DNA from: Balanoglossus misakiensis
Lineage: Eukaryota > Animalia > Hemichordata
Assembly: GCA_040954595.2 (NCBI GenBank)
Contig: CM082582.2
Span: 8,186,063-8,250,062, forward strand
Length of the DNA: 64,000 bases
Direction: 5' to 3'
In this document: positions 38,801 to 51,239 of the stretch, in pieces
Numbering within the stretch: position 1 is the first letter of the stretch
How the letters are laid out: each line of letters begins with the position of its first letter
Position numbers and translations under genes: made by a program
The notes under the pieces: generated by a model
Told to the model about the DNA's origin: nothing
The model's database searches: none
What the model saw: the letters and a program-made list of their open reading frames with translations, nothing else

Positions 38801-41800
38801 TGAGATTTAGAGTTCTTGGATATACTGTAAAAGTAGTACTTTTTGTGTTGGTCAAAGAATAATAATGGAACTGCAAGTTATTTCTGCAGGGATTGAATTC
38901 TGGATTTTGTATTTCTTGTAGGAACTGGAAAAATTGAATTCTGTGCTGGCAATTGTCAATGTTCAAGAAGCAACACTTAATCTGGAGAAGTTACAGACAT
39001 TGGCCAACAAATTGGAAACACAACTGAAGAGGCCTCTGCCACCAAGGTGAGGACAGTATTGAGTTCATCACTTCATGTTGGGATTTTACAGTAATAATAC
39101 ATTCGCAAATTCACTATATAAACAAGAAGTTTCTAAGTTGGATTGTCTTAATGAGCAAGTAGAAAATAACCATTACATTGATGTGGTGACATGTGTTTAT
39201 AGAGAAATGTCATTCTTTTCCATTGCAGGCCTGAAGTTAAAAACTCGTCCCTGTCAAGTAGTGTGTTAAACACAAGGTACGATTCTCTCTCTCAAATGCC
39301 TTCGGACATTAACGACTTTGAAAGTCAAACGGGCAGCGAAGGCAGCAGTGTGTATTCTCTGGCCCGGAGAATTATCCCCGAGGGGTGTGCAGCTACGCCG
39401 GTCCAGTTGCCACCCGTGAAAAATGAAGGCAAGCCACCGAAGGAAGTGAAGGTGTCAGGAGTGGTTGCAAATAGTGCACACGTCGTTTCGGACAGTGATA
39501 GTCGTGAAAAAGAAACGCCATGTCCCTTTCCTGAGCTTGCGAAACCCCCTGAATATCCAGTGTACGAGAATTGGGGACCAGCGGGGGTGAAAATCGAACC
39601 GTCTGATTTGGACAAATCTGACCAGCCCGAGAAGCCAGCGGATGAAAAGGTGGTGTCTGAAGACAGTGCAGAGGCTGAGATCCCGCAACCGCAATCGGAT
39701 GTCACGGATGTTTCTAAAAGCGAACCTAACCAGACTTCTATGAAGCCTTCAGACGAACAGACGGGATCTGAGGACACAAGCAACGAGGCAGAGAATTCAG
39801 TGCCACAACCAGCTCCGCCCGATCAACTAGATGCTTCTGGTGACTCTCAACAATCAGCCAACATTCCCCGTCCCCCACCTCTTCCACCAGTAGGAGGGCC
39901 TCCTCCCCCACCTCTTCCACCTATGGGAGGGCCTCCTCCCCCACCTCTTCCACCTGTTGGAGGGCCTCCCCCTCCTCCTCCCCCTCAGCTGCTCAGTGGA
40001 GTACCCCCTCCGCCACCTCTTCCAGGTGAGGGACCACCACCACCTCCTCCATTATCGCCAGGATCACCGGGCCCACCAGGTACGTACTCTTTCACTCGTC
40101 AGCTCATTTTGTTTCATGCAGCAAACTTGGCTGTCGAATATGGATTTTTTTATACGTCTATAAATATCAGTGATTTTATGTAAGCATTTGGAACAGCAAA
40201 CCATGCAACAGTGGATATGTTCAAAACAACAAAGTATAAGAAAATGTAAACAACAATAATAGCAGCAGTAACAGCAACAACAATAATGATGATATTAATA
40301 CTAATACATGTACTAATAATTTGTAACAGCTATGATTACACTAAGCGATAAGATAGTCATGATGCTGATAGTCAGAACTAGCTCCCAACTTTTGATAGTT
40401 TTCACATTGACATTATAGTGTGTCAACAATTTCAGATTCCTGGTATTGTTATTACATGTACATTCATTCATTCATTCATTCATTCACTCACTGATCATAC
40501 ATTGAGTCATCCATGTGGTCTTGGATGATTGACGTCATATATTTGTGCCTTACTAAGCAATATTATTGATATGTTTGCTTTTGATTAATTGCATGATTGA
40601 GTTGTCATAATTTGTTATATCCCTACCTCAGTCCAATTACATAAATTTATGTTTTAACTAATTTTACATCACTTGTAATTTGTGTCCTTTCTCAACTGCT
40701 CACCTCGGAATGATGTGTTGCATTTCAACTAGTGTAATTCGCTTTTCTTGTGGTTAATGACATTATTTATGCAGTTGTTGTTTTGTCTATAACATTTGTT
40801 TTATTTGTTGAGTAATGATATCAATCTGCTCTGCCTGTAATTAATGACATGAATGACGCAGTATTGCCAATATTAAACTAATGCCATTGATTTTATTCTG
40901 TCCTTTTCTGACGTCACCACTTTTTCCATCTCGCTCATTCATTCATCGCTTCATTCATTCATTCGCATTCCATAGGGACACCCATCACGCTAGCCACAGC
41001 TCCTCTCCAATTGTACGATTTTCCAGAACTGCCGCGGAAGCAGAGCATCAGATCATCTGTGAAGATGAGGCCATTCCATTGGGCAAAAATACCGCAGTAT
41101 ATGGTAAGTGACACCTCCACCATGGAAATGTCTGTAGTGAGTAAAATGCACCTTTCTGAATGTACCAGTCCAATTTAACCATCCATTAAGTTGGTTTATA
41201 CCACAGTCTAGTGATGACAAGGGGGTTTGTATTCACTAGAGTAGCTGAGTTGCATTGAGCAGCAGGTGTGCAAACAAGACTGTAACAAGGTGAAATTTGT
41301 TCCCCTGCACAGGTCAATAAATCTGTGTGGCAGAAGGCCAGAGATGTGACAGATAAGCTGGATACAGAGTTACTGGAAGAAATGTTTTGTGCTGCAAGTG
41401 TCACGGAGAAGGACTATGGCACTCCAGGTACGTCTTGATTTCCCTATGGGATTTTATCAACACTGCATTAACGATGGGTTGGCCCAGTGTTAGCTAAGTG
41501 TGCTAGTGTTTACTTATATGTATACTAATAAGATGTGACAGTGAAGAGCTAAATTTGCTAACCCATGCTGGCCTTGGGTTAGCCCTGGAGCTGAACCAGT
41601 TGACAACTTGATTTTGAACTGTACTGTAAGAGCGTGGATTCACTTGACCTTGAAATACCGATGTCCATTTCTACACTGACCGATCAACCGATAGACATGC
41701 CGTAAATTTCTACAATGGGCTCAGTCTCTGGGGAATGAACTGTACCACTGGGTATATGACTTCACACTGTCTTTCTCACTCAGACCATGCCAAGAAGAAA

Positions 41801-43796
41801 GCCAACACCCTCCTTGATCCAAAGTTAGCTCAGAACATTGGCATATTTTTGAGTGGCTTCAAAGTGGACTTGCAAGACCTTCGAGGGTACCTGACCTACT
41901 TATCAGAGGCAGATGGTGGACTTTCATTAGATAACATCAACACGCTCAGAAGGTAAGTTTCGTCTTGTTTTCATGTCGTCAAATTTAACATTTGTCTTCT
42001 GCAATTAACCGGATAAATTCAACAAAAAATTCCCACAAGATTATTATCAGATTGAACATGAATGACGTACAGTAAAACTTGTCGAAACCGGACAACAAAG
42101 GTCCGAAGATATTGATCGGTTTGCAGAGGTGTCCAGTTTATTTATGAAGGTTATTTCAACATATCGTTCTGTGTGAACCATGTATTTGGTCTGTAGGTAT
42201 CAACCGACCACAGAAGATATCGAAATGTACAAACAGTACAAAGGAAACCGCGATGAGCTTCCACCAACAGATCAGTTTATGATGCAGCTCTGTGAAATCC
42301 CGTTGCTGAAATTGAGACTAGATTTGCTGTTGCATATCAACGAGTTTCCCATGGCGTATGAAGACCTGGCACCGGTAAGAACCAGAGAATACTTTTCACT
42401 TTTGTTTCGAAGCTGGTGTAACCATGACTATTCCATAAATAGATACTTCGCATTTTGTTTGATCCTTCTTGCTTGATTACTATCTGACCCACCACTTCTT
42501 TTGGAAAGTAAAACAAAGAAGATTGGAAACACACTGATGAATTTAGACATATATACATCAATTTTTGCATGAAATTCTTGGTTGTCAGTCAAGTCCAAAC
42601 GTTTAACCCGTTCACCACCATGGTTCAGTCCAAACCCATTGTTTTCTATGGTATGGTTGGACCTCTAGTGAAGGAACTGGGGGTGAAAGGGTTAACCACC
42701 ACTGTGCTCACAGTGAATGTTTTATGTTTTTAATTCTCAGACGATAGAGACTGTACTGAACGCTTGTAAAGAACTCAGAGACAGCGGCAAGTTCATGTCT
42801 GTATTGGAGTACGTTCTGGCTATCGGTAACTTCATGAACAGTAACTGCAACAAAGGAACTGCCTTTGGATTTAAACTAGGAACCCTCACCAAGGTAAAAA
42901 TGACAGCTTCTGTGCTGCTATTGCGACTGCAAGCTAACATCTGAACAATATCACTGATCAGTTATAGAAAATGCAGAATATATTGATTAATTAACACAAG
43001 CTGGCATCTCTATATTATGAAACAATTTTTAATTGACAAATATGAATCTTTCTGGTTAATTATAATGGATATCTTCATTTGAAAAATAAGTGTTACCAAT
43101 CATTGTACGGAAGGTTTATTATCAACCTATATCTGGAACTGATGGCTTCATCTTTGACACAGCTTGCAGAATGTCGGGGCAAAGACAGAAAGTACACACT
43201 GCTGAAATACCTTGTAGAAGTGATCAACAAAAAAGAACCAGAGCTCTTGACATTCACTCAAGAAGTGACCAGTGTAGAGGAGGTGTCTAGTGGTAAGTGT
43301 CACATAAAACACTCTCACCATCTTTGTGGGAATGCATGTCAATATTTTTCACAGACTGAAGACCATTTTTCAAAAAAAATTGTAAAAATTGTTAACCCTC
43401 AAATGCAGAGATTTGAATAAACTGAAGTTTTTGTTTTGTTTCTCCAATCAAAATTACAGCCTCTACCATTGCACTAACAGCTGAAATCGATGGTAAGTAC
43501 TTCATGCATATTTTCATCTTGGTAGTGGTTTAGTTGGTTATTTTGTACGTAATACACCACAGATATTTCTGGAGTGACTTCTTCATTCTTATTCTAATAT
43601 TTCAGTGATGAAGAAAGATTTATCCAAAATAAGGAACAGCGCTGGTCAAATAGCAAAGAATAAGAAAAGCACACACCAAGATGCTAGATTTTGTAGACAA
43701 GTGGAGGTATGTATCCTGTATTCATCATAATGTATGTGGACATGAAATTTGTGTATTCATTGGACAGTATGCCCTGTTGTTTTATCTTGGTGGTGG

Positions 43797-43851
<55 letters not shown>

Positions 43852-45584
43852 AAAATTGTTTGAATGTGGTGTGGTGTTGTATTATAGGGCAGCTTCCTGA
43901 GCATTGTTGACAAGTCAGTGTTTTTGACGCAATTTTTTTTGTCTTTTTTGACAGGACTTTGTGAATGAGTATGAAAGTAAACTGAAAAGGCTTCACAGCA
44001 TGTGTGATGAAATGAGAAAACTGTACAATCAGGTCTTGGTAAGTGATATCAAGCAGCATCACTCAGAGTACCCCAGTGTTGTGTGAATGTTGTGCAATTT
44101 GAATATCCTGATTTTTGTTTGTTGACGTCTTTTCAGATGATCTACGGTGAACCACAAGGTACTGGGTCAGAAGAGTTCTTCATCTGCATTGCGGAATTCC
44201 TCAAGGCTTTTAAGAAAGAAGTCAAATCTTTCAACGTAACCATTGAAGATAGTCCTGGGTAAGATTTTGCTACATTGAATGATCTGTCGTTAAATTGTGC
44301 TCACAGGTGGCCATTGCCTATTGACAGTGGACTGACAACTGAAAAAAATGGCTTCTGAGAACTCGTATAATTTGCGTGATGGTTGGCATACTGAGGACAA
44401 TGTAATGTACATTGACATTTGAAGACCAAATTGACTACTTTGATGTTGGTATATAGATATTTTTATAAGTATATAGAATCAACGTTTTCACCCAAACTCT
44501 TCACAGAAGAAACTTGGCCAATATCATGAAAGCCAGCGTACCAAGCAAAAAATATGAAAACACCAACTCGTCCAACAGCGTCAAAGCCAACAATGCGTAC
44601 TCCCCCAAACATCAACCAAGCAAGCAGAGTTTGCCTCCAGAGGGCTCTCCTGTCAAAAGTCAACCAGACCAAAGAAAGTGCTCACCCAAACGCCAAGTGG
44701 CTAAACAGAATTCAACACCAGAGGGCTACCTCGCCAGAAGGCAACCAGAGATACAGCGGGGACACACTGTCCACAATGTCTACCAATCAGAAGAGAGCAT
44801 TCCTGAGGAGGAGAGGCCCCCAGCCCTGATTCAGAAAAGCCGACCCATGAGTTTGTCTCCACCACCGGTTGTACATCATTCTGTGAGTACAGTGTAGTAG
44901 ATTTTACTGCAAAAGATGACTTCAAATTCACTTCTGGCATTTACTTTAATATATATTTGGTTACCGTACCACTCGGAAATTCTATCTCACCAGACTGTAC
45001 CAAGGAAGTCCCGCCAGCTTTGTATAGGATCAAATAGACTCACTGATAGGACAGAGATTGTAATGTGTGTTTTTAGCTCTGGCCGTCTGTGGCTTCATTT
45101 GGAGTTCAGTGGAATTAAATTAGGTCCAGTGAAAAGTCCCTTGAGCACTGTGTCTGAGCACTGTCACATATGTGTATACGTGCACTGTTTGGGCGCTCGT
45201 AATGATATGATCACATTTATTATCAATATTGCATGTAACTTTCACACCAAACTACAGGTGGCGAAGGATAGACTATCGCCCTCGTTGTCCGGAAGACCAA
45301 CTCACGAAGGGTATCTAGAGAAACTGAGCCGTGGTAAGCACCTCTCCCCGAAATGGGACAGGCGTTACTTCGAGCTGTCACAGACCGGACATTTACATTA
45401 TTTCAAGAAGAAGTCAGACAAGAATCTTGGGTCCATCTACCTGAAGGGTTGCCCCGCCGGATTGGACGAGGAAAGGAAGGTCATCATCTTGGAAACGGAA
45501 GACAGGACCTTTAAGTTAAGGGCAGACAGACCGGAAGTGGCGATCGAGTGGTTAGAGAAAATATTCTGTTATACAGCCAAGTGA
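32889..45584 (+). CDS. PHCF: PH-domain-containing formin (PH-like + PH - coiled coil - FH1 - FH2 - PH), ~1413 aa, 23 exons
   Basis: Exons 32889-33059, 34322-34606, 35565-35747, 36090-36182, 37147-37227, 37540-37700, 37960-38118, 38297-38360, 38622-38774, 38922-39046, 39229-40079, 40976-41103, 41313-41427, 41784-41952, 42197-42374, 42741-42893, 43163-43292, 43460-43492, 43606-43706, 43955-44038, 44137-44258, 44507-44882, 45258-45584 (4242 nt, in frame). FH2 motifs MRPFHWAKI, SVW, LEEMF, LLDPKLAQNIGIFL, LAIGNFMN...AFGFKL, TLLKYLV, YGE...EEFF. Poly-Pro FH1. PH motifs KEGELEKK...WVRRW...RDEWWKAL and HEGYLEKL...WDRRYF...EWLEKI. Confidence 0.9.
39865..40079 (+). repeat. FH1 poly-proline region containing three ~33-bp tandem units (PPPPLPP[V/M]GGP)
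   Basis: Three near-identical copies of cccccacctcttccacc[agta/tatg/tgtt]ggagggcct followed by degenerate copies, all in the formin frame. Confidence 0.9.
40461..40491 (+). repeat. (CATT)n microsatellite; a second degenerate array forms the pyrimidine tract at ~40936-40970
   Basis: cattcattcattcattcattcattcactcac. Confidence 0.85.
42603..42695 (+). mobile_element. TTAA-flanked MITE, copy 2
   Basis: ttaacccgttcaccaccatggttcagtccaaacccatt...gggggtgaaagggttaa; terminal inverted repeats ending in TTAA. Confidence 0.8.
43798..43848 (+). repeat. (GAT)17 microsatellite in a formin intron
   Basis: Uninterrupted gat repeats preceded by (ggt)3. Confidence 0.95.
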
Positions 45585-46578
45585 TGATGGGAAAGTTAAG
45601 TCTTCCCTGTGCTTGTTTTTGTAATGTTACAAATTCTGCAATAGTCCCACTTGAAAATGGCAGAAATCTACCAGAAGTGCCCTTACGCGAAAGCTTTAAA
45701 TATATAAGCTGGTTTATTTTTTTAGCACAAAGGAGCTGTGTACACAAGTGTCTGCAGTTTGCAACTTGAGTGAATTTCCATGTTTACATATGTACATACT
45801 CAAATTGTACATGTAGAGTCAATAAGGCAATAGAAGAAAATCATGTTATGAACATTACTGCACAATTTATGGTCAGTACACAAATTGCTGTATTTTCTGT
45901 GTAAGAATAGTACAGTCTTTTCTTCAAAAATAGATATTACGGTAATGGTGTTCAACCTGGTATGGTTAGAATCACTGCTATGTATGTAATGTAGTGAGCT
46001 TTCTATGTTTGTGACAGGTAGAACTTTTCAATACAATCATGTCTTTTGTGTATTTTTTTAAAAATTCCTATGAGTGTTGTGAATTAAAACAAAAATTCAT
46101 GACACCTTTATATACACACCTTCTGTACATACAGGTAGATGCTTAGGCCATATTTTAGTTTAAGAATTTTTTAAAATTGCATGTTTTACGCTAAGATTTC
46201 TATGCAGGCTTTTTTATACTTCTTTTGATGGTGCAACAGATGAAAACTGTTGGGTTTTAATATTTATATAAAGTGTTTGTCATCTTATAGGGAAAGCAGA
46301 GTAACAAAGCAATAATGGAGAAGTCAGGTAAAATGAGGAAATTGAACAAAAAAGTGTCTTCATCAGAATTGTCGAGGTCAACCACTGAGAAAAATCATTC
46401 AGGTTGAATTAAGGTTAAGTTGACAGCTGAATGAAATACGGTACCACATATCAAATGCTTGAACCTATGGAAAGCCCCACCTGGCATGCAATCCAGTCCC
46501 CCGCCCCTACATCTGAATTATTCGATATTTATGGAATTAAATATTATTTTCAACAAGATTTTGAATGTTGATTTGTAG

Positions 46579-46623
46579 CAATAATCACGGTCACTACGGT
46601 TTGTGGAGTGACCGTGCAATAAT
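46579..46623. mobile_element. 31-bp TIR element with 7-bp target-site duplication (possible transposon excision footprint)
   Basis: caataat [cacggtcact acggtttgtgg agtgaccgtg] caataat. Confidence 0.65.
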
Positions 46624-48004
46624 CAATTATTGTATGTATGCAAGTAACAGGTCTGTGTCCTTGTACTGAACATCTCTGCCAGCACATGGGAGGTGAAGAC
46701 TAGGCTGTATGAACCGACAGAACCAAACATGCAAGTCGCCATTCCCAAGTTCATCCAGTGGAGACCAACCCACACACACATGAATGAATCCACCAAAACA
46801 GATAGGTTTTCTTACATGTTTATTCACAAAAAATAGCTGATCAACAAACAGAAAAGGGAAAGTTTTTGTGTATTATTCAACATACAATTCCTATTACATA
46901 TTGGCTATTTTCGGGAGGAAAAATGAAGACTAAATTCATAAAATGAGAGAATTTTTTTCCAGATTTTAATATTTTAGCAAGAAACATTAATCAGATGAGT
47001 ATCCATTTTTAACACTATCTGGTAGACTTCACTTTCAAGCATTCAATTTAATATACAACAAAGAATCAGAACTACATGTGTTCTCAATTTTAATTGGTTG
47101 TTACAAGGATTATGTAAATTCTTTACAAATATACCCTATTGTGATTGGATGTTCATGCTGCCATGCACTTTGACCCAAACTCTTGCCTGGTAACCCAGAT
47201 TTTGACTTGGCACACTGCTGCATGGATCTTATAAACATTTTCTAGTCTGTAAACTATTTGTGGATCAAGTAACAAAATCTGCAAGACTGACTATCGTTAA
47301 TTAAGTCAATACACAGACACAAAAAATTAAGTTCTCGTAGACTCACTCTCACATACCTTCACCAACTGGTTTGTTGTTAGTACAATATTTTTTTCTAGAT
47401 GCCACAACATAGAGTCTTGGGGGATAATTCAAAAATGCCCCCAAGACCTGAAACTGAAACCAAACTTGCATGTTGGTTACCCTGACGATATACAGCCCGG
47501 GTGAGAACATGTTACTAGCAATCAAACAAGTTTTTCCTCGCTCACCTAATTTTTTCATATTTTTTTCTAGCAAGTGTTGACCTAAACTCAGAGCAATTAC
47601 GTGGAACCAACAAAAAGCGTCTCTAACCAGGCTTCACTCGAACCTCATGATTAATCAAGCATTTCAATTTCTGATAAGGAAAAAACTAAACATTATCCAA
47701 CAAGAAGTTACTTCACTGTCTTATCTAAAAAAAATGAATTCACTACAGCATACCGTTTTTGTTAATCTGTGCACTATTATTTATTTCTAACTTAGGTAGT
47801 AACCACACCTATGAGCAGTAAGACTTTTTTGATAGCTCAACTACCCTAAAGATCATCATGAGTACAATACTTATAAAAGATTTCTAATTCTCACAGCGCA
47901 GGAAATATTACATAAATGCAAAGGAAATCTAAAAAAAATTACTCAGGATCAACTATACTCTATCTTAAGACCATTGCTTGTCCTGAATCGTTATGTTGAT
48001 CTTT

Positions 48005-48096
48005 TTAACCCTTTCACCCCCATTTTCCTGTGTAAAGGTCCAACACTACCATTGGGAACAATGGAGCTGACCAAACCATGGTGGTGAAAGGGTTAA
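48005..48096 (-). mobile_element. TTAA-flanked MITE, copy 3 (reverse orientation, in the probable UBE2V 3' UTR)
   Basis: ttaaccctttcacc...ccatggtggtgaaagggttaa; perfect 14-bp terminal inverted repeats including TTAA. Confidence 0.8.
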
Positions 48097-48729
48097 TGCA
48101 CAGCTTATTATTGATAAGGGATTTTACAACACATGGAAGAAAATACAACTAAAGTAACATCACTCAGGAGGAAATTTTTATTGCAAAGCATGGTTTTATA
48201 TCGTATGGGTGTAAATACAGAAGGAAAAAAATAATGAACACACAGGACAGTCAAATAAAATTTTCATCAGTTTTTTTTTTACACAGGGTAGATGGAAATA
48301 TTGGCTACAAAGAACAACTTTGCTGTTGTCTCAAGTTTGTGTTATTTCTCTACATGCACGTTTATACCTTTCTGGGAAAAAAGATAAATATCCATGGATA
48401 TTATGAACATGAACCGTCAGTTTTGCTTCCGTAGACTAGTTTCCACGACAGAGGCAAGTTCCATTCTCTGCCGTTTCATATTTCAGCCGATTAGTATAAC
48501 CTGAACATTGCTGTGCGGGCTTCCAGAATAAAAGAACCAAAAACAAACCGAATTTGGTTTGCAATGTAGCCAGAGCGTTTTTTCCACACCAAATACAAAG
48601 AGGCAATCATGTATTACAGCTGTACTACCACAGAGACGCAGTAAGTTTTTGTGGGATTTTTTGGGGGTGTTTTTTTTTTGGTAGAAGCAAAACTGACGTT
48701 TACAAGACTTGGCGGCTCCAACGACGATA

Positions 48730-50291
48730 CTAGAATGTGGACCCTTCTGGAGGTTGTGGTAATTTTGCATTTTCTTTTAGCGTCATCATTCTTCGTAGTT
48801 CTAGCAATATTGTCTTAATTGTAAAGCTTCTCTGCCATCGGGATAATACCTGACATGATTTGCGATCAATCTGTTGAGAGAAAAAAAGAGTTGATTCAGA
48901 GGACATGTGGAAGAAGTCTGCCCAGGGAAACCATGGTTATAGACGTTTCTTTGCATCGCATCTCTGCTTTGAATTGCAACATGGATTTTTTTGGCATCAA
49001 TGGTCATATCAACTGCATGTAACATGGGCAGTGTGCAGGTTTTCAAACATGACTTTTGTTGTATCAAGTTCTGAAGGTGACAAGGATTGTGTATAAATTC
49101 AGCCGGTGAAGAAAGAAACCAATACTTACAATTCCATTAGTACTATTGATACCATTCATGTTAATTCTTGTGATAAACCTGATATTTGGACACTCATCGG
49201 GATAGTGATTGCCACATTCTAATCTCAAGCTGTAAATACGGCTTTCGAAGGGACACTGAAATCAAAAGACAAAAGAAAACATGAGTATCAATTCTGACTG
49301 ATTTTCACTCAAGGCTTCAACACTGAAAAGATGGAAGTGTGATCCACGAGAACTCACCCTAGGGGGTCCAATGATCATACCAGTCCACCTTGACATTGAC
49401 AGATCATCATCATCCTCCAAACCCCAGCTGACTGTGCCATCACCGCCTTTCTGCCCCTCCTCCAATTCATCCATCAAACGAAAATTACGAGGAACGACTG
49501 AAAAATAATGTTAAACAAGCCATTAAGAAAACAGTACTACAACTATCGTGAAATCTGAGTTTTTATAATGATGTGGTCACTGCCAAGTATACAGCTGAAG
49601 GCCGATCCTACACATTTTGGGCTGTATACGGTAACATAAGTTTCCAACACAAATGTACAGGTGAGTTTATGCAGCTACACATGATTTCGTGTATATAAAA
49701 CACTCATATTTCAGTTACAATCTACACTGATGATCGTAGACGCTATAAAGGAAGTAAAACTGATTATAAACTGCCTGGCGTCACACTTCCTGTGTGCAGT
49801 TCAACGGTTCAAAGACACGGGGAGCTGCCAGGCATGTAGGTTCATTGCCATGACATGCAAATTTCCACCCAATGACACGGCAAACACACATCTTCCTTTG
49901 CGCCATACTTCCCTGGCGGAAATTAAAAGAAAACTATATCCGCGCCGTACTTCTAAGCTAGAGAAAATGTACCCCATGTCAAAGATGTTTAAAATCGCGT
50001 ACTTGGCACAGTAATGCCAGAGAATTTTGTTTCGATTACACCGGCATGTTGCCCCAGACTCCTAAAGATACGAAGTACAAATGTCAGGGATCCATCCTCC
50101 GCGATTTCCCGCACGATTGCGTGTAAATTTCGCCTTTTCGGCACAGTTTGGCGCTGTTAAATAAAAATATATTATTCTAACTCATCATCTCTGTGAAAAT
50201 CTATCATAAGTTATTGTGTTTAAGCTGGTTATTTTAGTTTAGAAACAAAATACTCGAGAGGTTACTTACTGACTTGACTGGGCGCCGCCAT
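48730..50291 (-). CDS. UBE2V2: Ubiquitin-conjugating enzyme E2 variant (UBE2V1/2, Mms2/Uev1), 142 aa, 4 exons
   Basis: Exons 50291-50270, 49497-49358, 49255-49130, 48870-48730 (429 nt): [90 protein letters not shown]...[22 protein letters not shown]. Classic UEV sequence; UBE2V1 and UBE2V2 cannot be told apart here. Confidence 0.97.
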
Positions 50292-50760
50292 TTTGTGTTT
50301 GACGATTCGGGTGGACCCCCTGCAAAGCCGACTACTTATGCGGTTAGCGCCCTCTAGCGACGGGAAATCAACATAACATTATCATGGCGGATAGTTTTGT
50401 AAACTGAAGTTCGTACCGGAGAGCTTCCTGTCAAATTGCGTTGAAATTGCCCATAGCAACAAGCTCGGACGTTGTCACTGAAAAGGCCGGCCTGCATGAG
50501 TACACTCGACCCGAGGTGACTTCAGCTGAGCCGTTACTCCATCCCAGAAAATATCTCGACACATTCTGTGGTCTGCTACCTTAGGAGATTGCTTGTCACC
50601 AACCAACGATATGCAGACGAAAAGGGCTGGCCGCTGCAGCTGGCTTCCTGTTTGAACTATCAGGTGTGCAGTTACTCTTTTTTTACCTGAACGCTTTGTC
50701 ATGGCAACAGTGGCCTTCTTATACTTGGCTTGTGTTCCACCACAGAGGTATTTTTAAACT
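50280..50760. promoter_or_regulatory. Bidirectional promoter between UBE2V (-) and the HEAT-like gene (+)
   Basis: CpG-rich. YY1-type AAAATGGCGGCG overlaps the UBE2V ATG; CTCF-like GCGCCCTCTAGCGA at 50347-50360; X-box-like ATTGCCCATAGCAAC at 50446-50460; possible 5'UTR donor cagag|gtattt near 50747. Confidence 0.6.
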
Positions 50761-51239
50761 GAGGGTTTTCAAATTTGGAGTTGCGCGGGTGAAAATTACT
50801 GGTCGTTCAGACACGATCCCAGTTCATTGATTTTGTTTTATGGGATGGTGTGTCGTACGTGTGTGATAGTTAAATCATGAATGTACAATGTATACACGGT
50901 AGAATGCTGTAGACTTTTCGATCGAAACACTGGCCATTTTCCAGCTCAATAAACATGTACCCACAAGTTATTCCCCATCTATCAATATTGTAATTAGGCT
51001 GTGGGAAGTGTGTGGCCTTTGATATAAAATTTGGGATTGTATGTCCATCATGGGATGGGTTGGCCTCTTGTGTTTAACTGTTAAATATTAATTCTGGATC
51101 TGGTGATATACAGTTGGTTAACCACAGGTACATGTATCTGGTTTTCATTGCAGGGTGTTTGACTAATTTGGTGGCGAGTTTATTCCGTCTGGTCATTGTC
51201 ATATTGATGCGTTCAGAGTGAGAAGAAGAAAAAGACAAC

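Noticed and set aside
43681-44062. ORFs with poly-Asp, poly-Met and poly-His
   Set aside because: They are different readings of the intronic (GAT)n microsatellite.
44916-45257. N-terminal half of the 222-aa ORF preceding the last PH domain
   Set aside because: Intronic; the coding exon starts after actacag at 45257.
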